This document shows positions 63,521 to 64,000 of a DNA stretch of 64,000 nt, piece after piece. Source of the DNA: Lingula anatina (Eukaryota; Animalia; Brachiopoda); the NCBI GenBank assembly GCA_051362555.1, contig CM120640.1, positions 38,025,967 to 38,089,966 of the forward strand. The letters run 5' to 3'. The notes under the pieces are model-generated. The model had not been told where the DNA came from, did no database searches, and worked only from the letters and a program-made list of their open reading frames with translations. Made by a program: the position numbers and the translations under genes. The first letter of the stretch is position 1. Each line of letters starts with the position of its first letter.

Positions 63521-64000
63521 GCAAAATTTGAAAAACATCGCTTCAGCGCAAGTTAAGGATTTTTTTTAATTTTCCGAAATTGTTACAGAGTTATAGAGAG
63601 AGTCAGGAAGGAAGGAGAAAAATAGAGAATAGAGGTTACCCTAGGAAAAATAGTTAAGTATGAAGTTTTCTTTGGAAAATCTTAAAGGGATAATAACTCT
63701 TCGTTTTGGCCAAAAAATGAATTTTCCTGGAGTAAACAACAATTTTTCCATACTTACCAATTTGTTAATGAATCCATTTTTACATTCAAAGTAAGTCCCT
63801 GGTTTTTTTTCTATTTAATTTTATTATATTTTATTTAAGAGATTATAACAGAGTGTAGCCATCAATGGAGGTCACGTGGTCTGAAGTCAAGCTCAGATAT
63901 CAGAATAATAGCTATAACTGCTGTTTTTGTCGTAAAGCAGAATATATTATATTTCTATGAGTTATTCACAATGTTTTTATTGTGAAATATAGACCTCATA

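Noticed and set aside
1-64000. tRNA, rRNA, snRNA genes and U12-type introns
   Set aside because: I recognised none by eye; a covariance-model scan would be needed to exclude intronic snoRNAs.

Overview
This is AT-rich, intron-containing animal genomic DNA; the repeat types suggest a marine invertebrate, but that is only an inference. It is not prokaryotic, and most ORFs in the track are spurious. Joining exons by hand gives eight housekeeping genes in strictly alternating orientation: NADSYN1 (-, first 4 exons only), SVIP (+), TALDO1 (-), TMEM39 (+), NDC80 (-), TAB2/3 (+), LSM6 (-) and HSCB (+). Three pairs share short bidirectional promoters. The first ~26 kb are rich in transposon remnants: a decayed L1/Tx1 LINE, two CR1-group LINE fragments, a hAT derivative with a 5-bp target duplication, an ISL2EU-type THAP+YqaJ element in an SVIP intron, several fold-back MITEs and a 34-bp G-rich minisatellite. 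I found no CRISPR array, rRNA or tRNA, and no clearly new biological system. The best leads are the THAP+YqaJ element, the 5-bp-TSD hAT carrying an exact 42-bp copy of a neighbouring LINE, a duplicated ~50-bp Sox-Oct-motif element, and uORFs in the TAB2/3 leader. Gene names rest on recalled protein motifs, not database searches, and coordinates were counted by hand.
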